Assembly (NCBI GenBank): GCA_964434315.1
Contig: CAYSUX010000001.1
Coordinates: 1 to 37,791 of the forward strand
Direction: 5' to 3'
From: an uncultured archaeon
GTDB taxonomy: Archaea > Thermoplasmatota > Poseidoniia > MGIII > CAYLMJ01
DNA length: 37,791 nucleotides
The translations under genes and the position numbers were made by a program. Under the pieces are notes generated by a model, which was given only the letters and a program-made list of their open reading frames with translations, was not told the origin of the DNA and made no database searches. Shown here one piece after another: positions 8,293 to 17,988 of this stretch. Each line of letters starts with the position of its first letter. The first letter of the stretch is position 1.

Positions 8293-9852
8293 TTGTATCA
8301 GTCTGTGAGCCCGAGCCCTCGTCATTCACGCCCGGTCATATATGCCAGCGCGTTCGCGGTTCTCTTTGCCGGCATCCTGGGCGTGGGCTCAGCAGGGGCA
8401 GACCCCCCTGCCACCTGGGTCGAGGTGGAAGATGAGCTGGCCCTGCTGGCAACGCAATATCCTGAGCTGGTCAACCGGTATTCCCTGGGCGAGACCTGGG
8501 AGGGAAGGACCCTATGGGGAATCCGTATCTCCGACGACCAGTATATAAATGAATCACTTTCTAACCTGACCCCTCCGACCGATCCTGCGATACTCTATCT
8601 GGCTGCCCAACATGGCGATGAACCCCAGGGTGTCGACCTGACCCTGACCCTGGCCAACGACCTGCTGAGCGGCTATGGCACAGATCCCAACCTCACAGCC
8701 CTGGTGAAGGCCCGGGATATCTGGATCATCCCTGTGGCCAATCCCGACGGTTACTTCCATGACCATCGCAAGAACGCCCGGGATAATAACGAGAACGACA
8801 GATTCGATCCCAAGCATGACGGGGTTGATCTCAATCGCAACTTCGCCTATGAATGGGGCGTCGATAGCCATACCTCCGCTGATCCGGATTCCGACAATTA
8901 CCATGGTCCGGACCCCTTTTCCGAACCGGAATCCCGGGCATTGGAGAACCTGAGCCGTACTATCCCCTTCCTCTCGGTCATAAGCTATCACTCCGGGACG
9001 GCAAAGCCGGTCATCTACTATCCCTGGGGCTGGAACGACTCCCTGCAGGTACCGGCGGGCGATCTGGTAAACTTCACCGACATGGCTTCCAACCTGAGCG
9101 CCATGACCGGTTACCGGTATGGTCAGGCTACCGACCCCGACATATATGGCTACGAGGCCCGGGGCGACCTGGCCGATTGGCTCTACGCCAACCATTCGAC
9201 CCTGGCCTTCACCATCGAGCTGCCCGGCCGGATGACCTCTGATGAGATCGAGGCCAATCTGGAGGCCGCCCTGTGGCTGCTGGCCCGGCCCTGGGGCAAC
9301 GAGACCGAGGGGCCCCTGGGGAACCTGACCGGTGAGGAACCGGAGCTCGAACCGGAGGCGTTTCTGCCCGATGCCTGGGTGGAGGATGTTCGTACGAACG
9401 GACCTTTGGTGGAAGGGGATCAGGTGAGTATCGTGATATGGATGGCTACCGCTCCTGAAGCGTGGCCCAAGCCCCGGATATCAGTGACCCTTCTGGTGAA
9501 CCATGCCACCCTTGCCACTGTGAATACTTCTCCGGAGATGGGCGGTAACACAACGGTTACCTTCGTCTGGGTACCTGATAGATCCGGAGCTTACGTCATT
9601 GAGGTCCTGGTTGACCCCTGGAACAGGGTCGAAGAGGCAAATGAAACGAATAATAGCTTCAAATTCACCATCACCATTGGATCTGAACATGATGATGACC
9701 AAGGTTTGCTGCCCGGTCCCGGCATCCCTCTGATAGTTGTGACGGTCTTCGGCCTATCTGCCGTTAGGATAAATCGTAAGAGGCTATTGAGTGTACAGTA
9801 CAATCGCCTCTCAGTCAGACGAAATGATGATGGTGGGATCGGTCCTTTGTGA
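8293..9852 (+). CDS. Secreted, membrane-anchored M14-family zinc carboxypeptidase with a C-terminal CARDB-like domain
   Basis: M14-type blocks include AAQHGDEPQG (the zinc-ligand HxxE region), IIPVANPDGY and GVDLNRNF. It has an N-terminal hydrophobic signal. The late domain DPWNRVEEANETNNS is CARDB-like. The C-terminal TM is PGIPLIVVTVFGLSAV followed by RINRKR. The annotated start is TTG, with an in-frame GTG at 8305. Confidence 0.8.
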   Translation: MYQSVSPSPRHSRPVIYASAFAVLFAGILGVGSAGADPPATWVEVEDELALLATQYPELVNRYSLGETWEGRTLWGIRISDDQYINESLSNLTPPTDPAILYLAAQHGDEPQGVDLTLTLANDLLSGYGTDPNLTALVKARDIWIIPVANPDGYFHDHRKNARDNNENDRFDPKHDGVDLNRNFAYEWGVDSHTSADPDSDNYHGPDPFSEPESRALENLSRTIPFLSVISYHSGTAKPVIYYPWGWNDSLQVPAGDLVNFTDMASNLSAMTGYRYGQATDPDIYGYEARGDLADWLYANHSTLAFTIELPGRMTSDEIEANLEAALWLLARPWGNETEGPLGNLTGEEPELEPEAFLPDAWVEDVRTNGPLVEGDQVSIVIWMATAPEAWPKPRISVTLLVNHATLATVNTSPEMGGNTTVTFVWVPDRSGAYVIEVLVDPWNRVEEANETNNSFKFTITIGSEHDDDQGLLPGPGIPLIVVTVFGLSAVRINRKRLLSVQYNRLSVRRNDDGGIGPL

Positions 9853-9907
9853 TACCGGAAAGACAGGGGAGGGCGTTTTGGTCAACCATGGGTCATAATT
9901 CGAATGG

Positions 9908-9912
9908 TTTTT
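9908..9912 (+). terminator. Oligo-T tract, possible archaeal terminator after the M14 gene
   Basis: TTTTT lies about 55 nt after the stop at 9852, and GTTTTG is at 9874-9879. Archaeal termination commonly uses oligo-T runs. Confidence 0.3.
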
Positions 9913-10153
9913 GATCCCATATCGTAAGACTCCAATATTTAGAATTTCGAAATAATTCTTGTGATATATTTATATTTTCAAAGAATATTAGGGTCTTGGG
10001 GTGATAACTAATGCCAATAACTTTTGATATTAAGGATTTTAGATTTTTTAAACCAATTTTACTTAGAGATTCTAATCAATAATGCCCACATCCTAAGGAT
10101 TATCTTAATATACCTGACCTCACTAATTCACCCATATCATTCCAGGCGATCTC

Positions 10154-10927
10154 ATGGAGACACCGACCATGTGCCCCGACCCAAACGCCGACACCGCCGT
10201 CGACACCAATGACAGAATGACACTGACACCCGAGGAGGTGGCCCAGGCCGCTTCCGATCTCGACCAGGCCACGCCCCAGGAGGTTCTGCGATGGGCCCTC
10301 GACCGCTTCGGCGATTCCCTGTCGATAGCCTGCAGCTTCTCCCTGGAGGACCTGATAGTCTTCGATATGCTGGCCAAGCTCACCGACAGCCCCAGGGCCT
10401 TTGCCCTGGACACCGGCAGGCTGAACCCCGAGACCTACGCCGTCTGGGGGCAGGTGGAGAAGAAGTACGACACCCGACTGGAGGCCTTCTTTCCCGATTC
10501 ACCCTCTGTGGAGGCCCTGGTCCGGACCAGGGGCATCGATTGCTTCCTGGAATCTGTGGAGAACCGCCGCCTCTGCTGTCATGTCCGCAAGGTAGAGCCT
10601 CTCAACCGGGCCCTGGGCGAACTATCGGCCTGGGTCACCGGACTGCGCCGGGAACAGGCCGTCACCCGCTCGTCCCTGCCCAAGGTGGAGTATGACGCGA
10701 AGCATGGCGGCATCGCCAAGCTCAACCCCCTGGCCGACTGGACCCAGGAGCAGGTCATGGCCTACGCCGTTAAGCAGGATATCCCCAGCAACGCCCTCTA
10801 TGAGAAGGGCTTCACTTCCATCGGCTGCGCCCCCTGCACCCGGGCCATCAGGGCCGGAGAGGACGAACGCGCCGGCCGCTGGTGGTGGGAGGATCCCGAG
10901 ACCAAGGAGTGCGGACTTCACGCCTGA
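10154..10927 (+). CDS. cysH: Assimilatory adenylylsulfate (APS)/PAPS reductase, thioredoxin-dependent, Fe-S type
   Basis: 257 aa with a PAPS-reductase fold and the C-terminal catalytic ECGLH motif. The cysteine pairs RRLCCH and GCAPC are typical of the [4Fe-4S] APS-reductase subgroup. It is immediately followed by sat. Confidence 0.85.
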   Translation: METPTMCPDPNADTAVDTNDRMTLTPEEVAQAASDLDQATPQEVLRWALDRFGDSLSIACSFSLEDLIVFDMLAKLTDSPRAFALDTGRLNPETYAVWGQVEKKYDTRLEAFFPDSPSVEALVRTRGIDCFLESVENRRLCCHVRKVEPLNRALGELSAWVTGLRREQAVTRSSLPKVEYDAKHGGIAKLNPLADWTQEQVMAYAVKQDIPSNALYEKGFTSIGCAPCTRAIRAGEDERAGRWWWEDPETKECGLHA

Positions 10928-10941
10928 TCGAGGGTGAACCC

Positions 10942-12615
10942 ATGGCATTACCCGAACCACTTGGTGGAAAGCTTATCGATCGTATCCTCGTCGGTGCCGA
11001 ACGGGAACAGGCCCTGGCCGAGGTCAAAGAACTGCCAATCCTGGAGGTGGGTCCCGAGGTGGCCATCAACGCCGAGATGATCGGCACCGGTGTCCTCTCG
11101 CCCATGACCGGCTTTGTCGGTTCCGAGGCCATCGACTCCATCTGCAAGACAATGCATCTGCCCACCGGAGAGCCCTGGACCATTCCCTACCCTCTGGCTC
11201 CCATGAGCCTCCCGGAAGGCAAGGAAGCCATGGCCAAGGCGGGCATCGAGGTCGGTCAGCGCATCGTCCTCAGCTCCAATCCCGACCGACCTCCCATCGC
11301 GTTGCTGGACCTCGAGGAGATATTCTCCATCGACAAGGAATTCTACTGCCAGTCCATATTCGGCACCACCGATACCGCCCATCCGGGCTGCAATTACACC
11401 ATGACCGGTCTGGGCGATACCTTCCTGGCAGGTCCGATAAAACTGCTACGCAAGACCTTCTGGGGTTCCTTCGAGCGCCTTCGCAAAGACCCGGTCGAGG
11501 TGCGAGCCGAGTTTGTCAAGCGGGACTGGAAGACAGTGGTGGCCTTCCAGACCGCCAATCCCATCCATCGGGGTCACGAGTATCTGCAGAAGTGCGCCCT
11601 GGAGCTTCACGACGGTCTATTCATCCATCCCATCGTGGAGACTACCCGCAAGGCTTACTTTCGCAATGAGTTCAGATTGGCGGCCTATGACGCCGCCCTG
11701 GCCAACTACTACCCCGCCGACAGGGTCGTAATGGCCCCGCTACGGGTGTTGATGAACTATGCAGGACCCAAGGAGGCCATCATGCACGCCATCATCCGGC
11801 GAAACTTCGGCTGTACCCACCTGATCCTGGGTCGTGACCATGCCGGCTTCAAGGATTTCTACGATCCCTACGCCGCCCAACACATCTTCGATGACTTCTT
11901 GACCGGAGAACTGGGTATCGAACCGTTGTTCTTCCAGAACTCATTCTATTGCACCCGATGCTCGTGCATGGCAACGGCCAAGACCTGCCCCCATCCCCCG
12001 GAGTACCATCTGACCATGTCGGGCACGGCGATACAGGATGCCCTGCGCTTTGGTTACTTCCCGCCCAAGGAGGCCATGCGCCCCGAGGTGGCCCAGGTTG
12101 CAATACAGGGGATCCAGCCCAAGGGTTGGGTCAAGGGTCGTGCCATGTCCCCTCCGGGTAACACGGTGAAGGGGCTCATGCCCTGGTACTTGACCCACCA
12201 CCAGTTGGGTGGTTATCCCCGGGAGGAACCTCTGAAGGCCGAGAACCTCAGCCTGGACGATCTGGCCATGTCACTTCGTATCACCCGGGACAACGCCGAT
12301 TCCATCTACTCCAACGTGGCTCGCGAGCTGACCCACTTCCTTGAGATCAACCGGGCGGTCGTCGTGCGCCAGAAGACCGATACGTTACATGCCGCCATGG
12401 GACGTCAGCGCAAGCTGATCAAGGACCTCGAGGTCAAAGTGGCTGTGTCCGAGGACCGGGTCTCCAACCCCTACATGTACCAGGACAAGAACGAGGCCCA
12501 ACGGGAGTTGGACACCGCCAGGACCATCCTGGAGGAGATCCCCAAGCCTCTCGACCCCGAGCAGTTCCGCAAGCGGGTCTGGAATCCCCTGGATTACGAT
12601 GACTATCGCGGTTGA
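10942..12615 (+). CDS. sat: Sulfate adenylyltransferase (ATP sulfurylase) with an approximately 160 aa uncharacterised C-terminal extension
   Basis: I start at the ATG at 10942 (MALPEPLGGKLIDR), downstream of the cysH stop. FQTANPIHRGHEYL and LILGRDHAGF match the ATP sulfurylase signatures QTRNPxHRxH and GRDHAG. The tail has no P-loop, so it is not an APS kinase fusion. Confidence 0.85.
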   Translation: MALPEPLGGKLIDRILVGAEREQALAEVKELPILEVGPEVAINAEMIGTGVLSPMTGFVGSEAIDSICKTMHLPTGEPWTIPYPLAPMSLPEGKEAMAKAGIEVGQRIVLSSNPDRPPIALLDLEEIFSIDKEFYCQSIFGTTDTAHPGCNYTMTGLGDTFLAGPIKLLRKTFWGSFERLRKDPVEVRAEFVKRDWKTVVAFQTANPIHRGHEYLQKCALELHDGLFIHPIVETTRKAYFRNEFRLAAYDAALANYYPADRVVMAPLRVLMNYAGPKEAIMHAIIRRNFGCTHLILGRDHAGFKDFYDPYAAQHIFDDFLTGELGIEPLFFQNSFYCTRCSCMATAKTCPHPPEYHLTMSGTAIQDALRFGYFPPKEAMRPEVAQVAIQGIQPKGWVKGRAMSPPGNTVKGLMPWYLTHHQLGGYPREEPLKAENLSLDDLAMSLRITRDNADSIYSNVARELTHFLEINRAVVVRQKTDTLHAAMGRQRKLIKDLEVKVAVSEDRVSNPYMYQDKNEAQRELDTARTILEEIPKPLDPEQFRKRVWNPLDYDDYRG

Positions 12616-12784
12616 GAGTTGAGAACCATTTCATCATCTGGTCAAGGGTCAAGAGCGAAACTATATAGCTCAAGAGCGAAACCGAGCCAGGTTTTATCTG
12701 GTCATCGACACGGTAACCCGGTAACGGTAACCCGTTAATCCGGTAGATCGCCTAGCAGCCATTATCCGGGCCGCTCGGACAGGA

Positions 12785-15460
12785 CTAGATCCCGAGCAAC
12801 TTCTCCTTGGCCCTGGCGAACTCGACGTCGGTGAGCAGACCTTCCCTGTGGGCGATGATCAGACGTTGGAGCTGGGTCGATACATCCGAGGTGGGCTCCC
12901 AGGGGCGGGTCAACGGCTCATCCTTCTCTCTCTGTGAGCTCTTGATCTCAACCTCGCCTTCCGGGGTTCCCGACCTATCCTGGGGAGTCAGGTCTTCAAG
13001 TTCCTGGACCATTTCCGGGCTCAAGGACATCCCGGTTCTCATTGCATCTTCAACACCCTCGTTCGATCGTGCATCATCTCCTTCCAATCCTTCCAGATAC
13101 TGCTCGGTCATTCTCTCGGGTGCCAGTTCCCGAAGCAACATCTCCAGCCTTGGCGAGCCGTCGGATAGGGTCTTGTAGTGATTCAGCAGGGATTCCAGGT
13201 TGGTTCTGCCCAGGATCCGTAATATGTCCAATCGTGTTCTCAACTCCATGTCGGGAGCCTCATCGAGACCGTTCACGAGGGGTCCTAAAGCCAGCTTGTC
13301 GTAATTGATCAGGGCCTTCTTGACCTCTGCCACAACCGACCGATCACTGTCGGCCAGCTTGGAAACCAGGGGCTCCAGGGCTCGTGGGTCACAGATCCGG
13401 CCCAGAGCGATGGCAGATCCCTGTCGTACGAACCAATGAGGCTTCTCAAGACCCCTGATCAGGGACTGGACCGCTCCCTTTCCCAGGGCTACCATGGCCT
13501 CCTGCGCGGCCTCCCGGACCTCACCTTCCTCATCGGCCATCGTTCTCAACAGCGCGGGGGCACTGGGCCCCTCTTTCAACTGTCCCAGGGCTCTGGCTGC
13601 CTGTCGACGTACCGACGAGTGCTTGTGATTTAGGGCCTCCTCCAACCCCTTTCTGGCCGACAGTCCCAGGGCTACCAGGGCTTCAGTGGTCTCCTTGACC
13701 AGCTGGGTCCCGTCCAGCAAGAATGTCTTGAGTGGTTCGATGCCCAGCTCACTACCTGATCTACCCAGTTGTTTGATGCCTGGCGCCCCCAGGGAGATGA
13801 GGGCCTGGGCCGCTTCCTTGCCCACCCTGATCTCGGGGTCCTTCAGAGCCTTGGACAGTGCGGTCAAGGCCTTACCCTCGCCCAGGGCTCCCAGGGCTCT
13901 GGCCGAGTCCCGGCGCATTCTGGGGTCCTGGTTCTCCAGTCCTTTCAAAAGTCCGTCGAATGCCGGTTGTCCCAGATCCAACAGGGTCTGCAGACTGGCC
14001 CGGCGGCGCCTGAGGTCATCCTCGGCCATGACGATCACCAGGGGTTCTACAACGACCGTGCCCATCTTTGTCAGGGCCGAACTGGCGATCCTCTGACGCC
14101 GGTCATCCAGGTCACCCAGGGCCTGAACAAGGTAGGAGATGGCCTCGGGACCCAATCGCCCCAGGGCTCCCGGCTTCTCGGCTCTCAACAGGATCTCCAC
14201 ACGCCGGGCCATGTCCAGATCCGGTGACCGGCCCAGCAACTGGGCATACCGCTCCTTCAATTGGGTATTGGAGTTCTCGAAGGCCCTCCATAGCGGGTCG
14301 ATGGCAGTTTGCCCCAGGTTCAACAGGGCCCGTCCGGCCCGTTGGTGGATCTTTCCCTCGTCACTTTGCACTGCCTGGACCAGTCCTTCGATACCCGGCG
14401 CTCCCAGCTTTCCCAGAGCGGATGCCGCGGTACGGGCGACCTCCTCATGAGGGTCGTTCAAACCCTTCAGCAGTGGATCCAGGGAATCGACCTGGCCCAG
14501 CTTGCCCAATCCCTCCAGGGCCACATGGCGCACCGGAGGATCTCCGTCGTTCAGCAATCTCTCCAGAGCCTTGACAGCCCTGGGGTCCTGCATATCACCC
14601 AGGAGCATGGCTGCCATGAAGCGATGGCGTGGGTCCTTCCATCTTATCGCCTCTATCAGGGTTTCGAACGCTCTTGGCCCCAGTTCTCTCAACTGCTCCT
14701 CTTCACCCTGGAGGAGATGGATCTTCACCCTGGTATCGATCGGGAGCTCTCCCATGGTGTCGAGGATCGACCTGGCGGCCTCCTTCTCATGTCGGGTCCC
14801 GTCGGAAATGACCTTCAAGAGGGGTTCGATGACCAGGGCACCGAATCGCGCCAGGGCCTGTTTGGTGGCTTCCATCATGGGGCCCCGGGCCTTTCCCAGC
14901 AACCCTATGAGGGGCTTGATAGCCTGCTGGTTTCGAAGGAGGCCCAGGATCTCCACGATGCTCAGGCGCAGGTTGGCCGGGCCCTCCATCCCTTTCAGGA
15001 GCTCGGGGATCGTGGCCTCTGGTGGGTAACCCCGGATGATGTCCCTGGCCCAGCGTTTGAGTTCCGGATCTTCCTGAGCCAGGAGTTCGATCAGTTGTTT
15101 CAGGTTCCTGGAAGGGTCGAGTTGCCTGACCAGTCCCCGGGCGATTGACCGGGAGCCGGGATCTGCCCGGACAACCGCCAGAATGTACTGCACGCCTTCA
15201 CGCCGACATAGCTCGAGCAACAGTCGTTCCATTCTGGGTCCCACTTCGGGAGCCAGCCTGTTCCGGGCGAGGGCGGCCAGCGCCGGGGCCATGACCCGTG
15301 GGGCATCCAACCCTCTTAGTCCCTCGAGCACCTGGTTCAGGCGCTCCTCCTTCAAGGGCGGTGTCTTGGTCAACAGCTCTATGAGCCCGGCACCATCTTT
15401 GGCCTGGAGCAGTTTGGTCACCTTGGACCATGGTCTGGACATGTCAGGTTCACCTGCCAT
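12785..15460 (-). CDS. Large HEAT/PBS-lyase-like repeat protein with a C-terminal SHOCT-like motif
   Basis: 891 aa with many roughly 30-aa repeats of the form D..VR..AA.ALG.LG...A...L...L.D. An acidic linker is followed by LQRLIIAHREGLLTDVEFARAKEKLLGI, which matches the SHOCT short C-terminal domain pattern. Confidence 0.8.
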   Translation of the reverse strand: MAGEPDMSRPWSKVTKLLQAKDGAGLIELLTKTPPLKEERLNQVLEGLRGLDAPRVMAPALAALARNRLAPEVGPRMERLLLELCRREGVQYILAVVRADPGSRSIARGLVRQLDPSRNLKQLIELLAQEDPELKRWARDIIRGYPPEATIPELLKGMEGPANLRLSIVEILGLLRNQQAIKPLIGLLGKARGPMMEATKQALARFGALVIEPLLKVISDGTRHEKEAARSILDTMGELPIDTRVKIHLLQGEEEQLRELGPRAFETLIEAIRWKDPRHRFMAAMLLGDMQDPRAVKALERLLNDGDPPVRHVALEGLGKLGQVDSLDPLLKGLNDPHEEVARTAASALGKLGAPGIEGLVQAVQSDEGKIHQRAGRALLNLGQTAIDPLWRAFENSNTQLKERYAQLLGRSPDLDMARRVEILLRAEKPGALGRLGPEAISYLVQALGDLDDRRQRIASSALTKMGTVVVEPLVIVMAEDDLRRRRASLQTLLDLGQPAFDGLLKGLENQDPRMRRDSARALGALGEGKALTALSKALKDPEIRVGKEAAQALISLGAPGIKQLGRSGSELGIEPLKTFLLDGTQLVKETTEALVALGLSARKGLEEALNHKHSSVRRQAARALGQLKEGPSAPALLRTMADEEGEVREAAQEAMVALGKGAVQSLIRGLEKPHWFVRQGSAIALGRICDPRALEPLVSKLADSDRSVVAEVKKALINYDKLALGPLVNGLDEAPDMELRTRLDILRILGRTNLESLLNHYKTLSDGSPRLEMLLRELAPERMTEQYLEGLEGDDARSNEGVEDAMRTGMSLSPEMVQELEDLTPQDRSGTPEGEVEIKSSQREKDEPLTRPWEPTSDVSTQLQRLIIAHREGLLTDVEFARAKEKLLGI

Positions 15461-15600
15461 TGATGATAGGGTTCAGCCCTACCATGGCCCGGCCAGTGTA
15501 CATTACTTTTAAGACTCACCCTTAGGAACCGAGATATCTTACCCTCAGGTCCCTGGCCATCGACCCCTGCTTTTATGCTGCCTGGCCCATTGGCTGGTCC

Positions 15601-16305
15601 ATGCCCTCCTCAACCAAGATCATCACCCCCTGCATCATCCTGAACTACAAGACCTATGCCCAGGGATACGGGCCGGCCGGTTTCGAGCTTACCAGGATCA
15701 TGGAGGAACTGGCCCGGAGTAGCGGGGTCTGCCTGGCCGCGGCCGCCGGGCCGATCGATCTGGGCAACTACGCCGGGTCCTGCGACCTGCCGCTGCTGGC
15801 CCAGCATGTAGACCCCGCCGTTTTCGGCTCCTTTACCGGTTCCGTCCTGGCCCAGGCCGTCGCCGGTACCGGCGCCGTGGGTACGCTGGTCAACCACTCC
15901 GAGCACAGACTCCGGCTTGCCGATATCGGAACTGTCATCGAGCGGTGCCGCCAGGTCGATCTGCAGACCGTTCTCTGCACCGACACGGTCACCACGACCG
16001 CTGCCGGAGCGGCCCTGGGTCCAGATTTCCTGGCTGTCGAGCCCCCGGAGCTTATCGGTGGCGATATCTCGGTCAGCACCGCCCGACCGGAGGTGGTCTC
16101 AGGAGCCGTCGAGGCGGCCCGGGCCGTTGCTGAAGGTCAGGGGAATCCGGTGGTGCCGGTCCTTTGCGGCGCCGGTGTCAAGACCCGTACCGATGTGGCC
16201 ACAGCCATGGATCTGGGAGCCCAGGGTATCCTGCTGGCCTCGGGAGTGGTCAAGGCCTCGGACCCGAAAGGGGTTCTGGAGGATCTGATCCAGGGTCTGG
16301 GCTGA
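15601..16305 (+). CDS. tpiA: Triosephosphate isomerase, archaeal type
   Basis: 234 aa with ILNYKTY, LVNHSEHR, LAVEPPELIGG and GAGV blocks typical of the short archaeal TIM. Confidence 0.9.
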   Translation: MPSSTKIITPCIILNYKTYAQGYGPAGFELTRIMEELARSSGVCLAAAAGPIDLGNYAGSCDLPLLAQHVDPAVFGSFTGSVLAQAVAGTGAVGTLVNHSEHRLRLADIGTVIERCRQVDLQTVLCTDTVTTTAAGAALGPDFLAVEPPELIGGDISVSTARPEVVSGAVEAARAVAEGQGNPVVPVLCGAGVKTRTDVATAMDLGAQGILLASGVVKASDPKGVLEDLIQGLG

Positions 16306-16460
16306 AGACTTCGATCCCAACCGAAACGAAGCAAAAATCCGCGTTTATACCCAGCTCCATCGGGTCGTTGTTCGCATCCTGTTCTGGTGCCTACCGGCTT
16401 CCTTCGTATTCTCACCATCGATTCCAGCTCTTTAAAACAACGACATTGAATTGCACAAGG

Positions 16461-16470
16461 TTTTTATATT
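16461..16470 (+). promoter_or_regulatory. Putative TATA box for the coiled-coil gene
   Basis: TTTTTATATT is centred about 24 nt upstream of the ATG at 16490, consistent with a leaderless archaeal transcript. Confidence 0.35.
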
Positions 16471-16489
16471 CTTCAATCTAGGAATAATC

Positions 16490-17812
16490 ATGCAAAACTC
16501 GGCCGAGTTGACCAGTTCATCCAGTGAGGACAATACGACCGGGGTCTATTCCGGGGGCCTGGATGAGGGGTCGAAAGAGAGCCTTTATCCCAATATGAGC
16601 AATCTATTGAGCGCCATCGAACTGGAGAATGAGAACGCCCAGTTGAAACAACAGTTGGAATATCTCAAGAAGACCCTGCTCAACAACGAAGATGAGATGC
16701 ACCGGATGGAAGAGGAGCTGGCCGACCTCTCATCCCGATACAAGGACCTGCTCATCGATCATGAGAAGCAGATGTACGAGCTGGAGGCCAAGAACGACGA
16801 TAATCTCTCCAGGTTGCGAGATGAGCTCACAAAGCAGAAGCAGGCTCATCGGGACTTTGAGAACAAAATAGAGATGGACAAGATAGCCTCTGTCGATTAC
16901 AAGCAGAAATACGAGACCCAGGCCAAGCGACTTGAGATGGTAGAGGAACAAAGGGATGCCAACCTGGCCAGCTATGAGGAGGCTGCCAGGGAACGGAACC
17001 TGAGGCAGGAACAGTTGGAGAAGAAAGAGCTCCGGTTGAGCCAGTTGGAAGACAACCTGACGACCAAGAAGGACCAACTGGTCGAGGTCTCGAAGGAGGC
17101 GGTCAAGCTTCAGAAGATGCTGGATGAGGAAGTATACGAGAAGTCGGTGCTTTACGCAAAGGCCAAGGCCTCCGATCTGTTATACAAGAAGTTGCAGCTA
17201 CTGACCCGATTCTACCAGCAGTTGAAGGAGCTCTATGCCAAGACCAGTGACCGGAATATCGACCTGACCACCGAGTTGGAAGGCCTGAGGAAGAATCGAT
17301 CCGACCGGATGGTGGACGATTCCAAGATGACCAAGGATTTTTGCAAGATGAAGAAGAAGGTCATTGATCTCGATGATGAGATGGATCTGAAGATGAACAT
17401 CATCACCTCCCTGGAAGGCGACCTGGAAGACGCGAAAAGCCTTCATTCCAGATACAAGCAGGAGATATTGAAGCTTCAGGATGTCGCGGCCAACGCGGTG
17501 AAGAAACAGGAGCTGCTGCAGGTCAAGATCGAAGCCGAGATAATCTCCCAGGAAGTGCTGAAGTTAGCCATTGAAAAGGAGTTCAAGGTGATAGGCGAGG
17601 TTCTGGGTACCTTTGCCGAACAGAACCTCGAGACCATGAAGAGATGGGACGATTACATCAGACGCAAGGGTCGGAACATCCAGCATATAATGGCCCTGAC
17701 CGAACAGATCGGTCGTATCAAGGATGACAGCAGCAAGACCGAGATAGGCCTCATCGAAGGCCTCCAGGAATACCTCGACCTGGAACCGGACAAGACCCCG
17801 GATTCCGATTAG
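16490..17812 (+). CDS. Long coiled-coil protein (K/E/L/Q-rich), function unknown
   Basis: I start at the ATG at 16490 (MQNSAEL...), because the track start at 16451 is a TTG lying inside the TATA-like region. Heptad-like, charged helical sequence runs throughout, with no TM or signal peptide. Confidence 0.7.
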   Translation: MQNSAELTSSSSEDNTTGVYSGGLDEGSKESLYPNMSNLLSAIELENENAQLKQQLEYLKKTLLNNEDEMHRMEEELADLSSRYKDLLIDHEKQMYELEAKNDDNLSRLRDELTKQKQAHRDFENKIEMDKIASVDYKQKYETQAKRLEMVEEQRDANLASYEEAARERNLRQEQLEKKELRLSQLEDNLTTKKDQLVEVSKEAVKLQKMLDEEVYEKSVLYAKAKASDLLYKKLQLLTRFYQQLKELYAKTSDRNIDLTTELEGLRKNRSDRMVDDSKMTKDFCKMKKKVIDLDDEMDLKMNIITSLEGDLEDAKSLHSRYKQEILKLQDVAANAVKKQELLQVKIEAEIISQEVLKLAIEKEFKVIGEVLGTFAEQNLETMKRWDDYIRRKGRNIQHIMALTEQIGRIKDDSSKTEIGLIEGLQEYLDLEPDKTPDSD

Positions 17813-17988
17813 ATCCTTTGCCCGTTTCCCTGGATAGTATCGGTTGATTTTTATCCCCGACAGCATCCGGAACATCAGGGATGAAGGGAATGATTGCCGG
17901 CTACATCTCATCCCTATCTGTTACAAGGTAGGAGGTCCATTCACCGACGGATCCATCCACATTGAAGTTGATAACGTCTCTTTAATAT

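Noticed and set aside
10024-10212. 62-aa ORF in the AT-rich spacer upstream of cysH
   Set aside because: It runs from the AT-rich spacer into the cysH coding region in another frame, and its composition (I/L/N-rich, then R/H-rich) simply mirrors the local base composition. There is no support as a gene.
12711-12745. GGTAACC/GGTAACGGT repeats between sat and the HEAT gene, sharing the 9-mer GGTAACGGT (reverse complement ACCGTTACC) with the 21-nt repeat at 1-51
   Set aside because: Only a 9-nt match links the two sites, and both lie in convergent or 3' spacers. That is too short to argue for a shared element without a genome-wide count.
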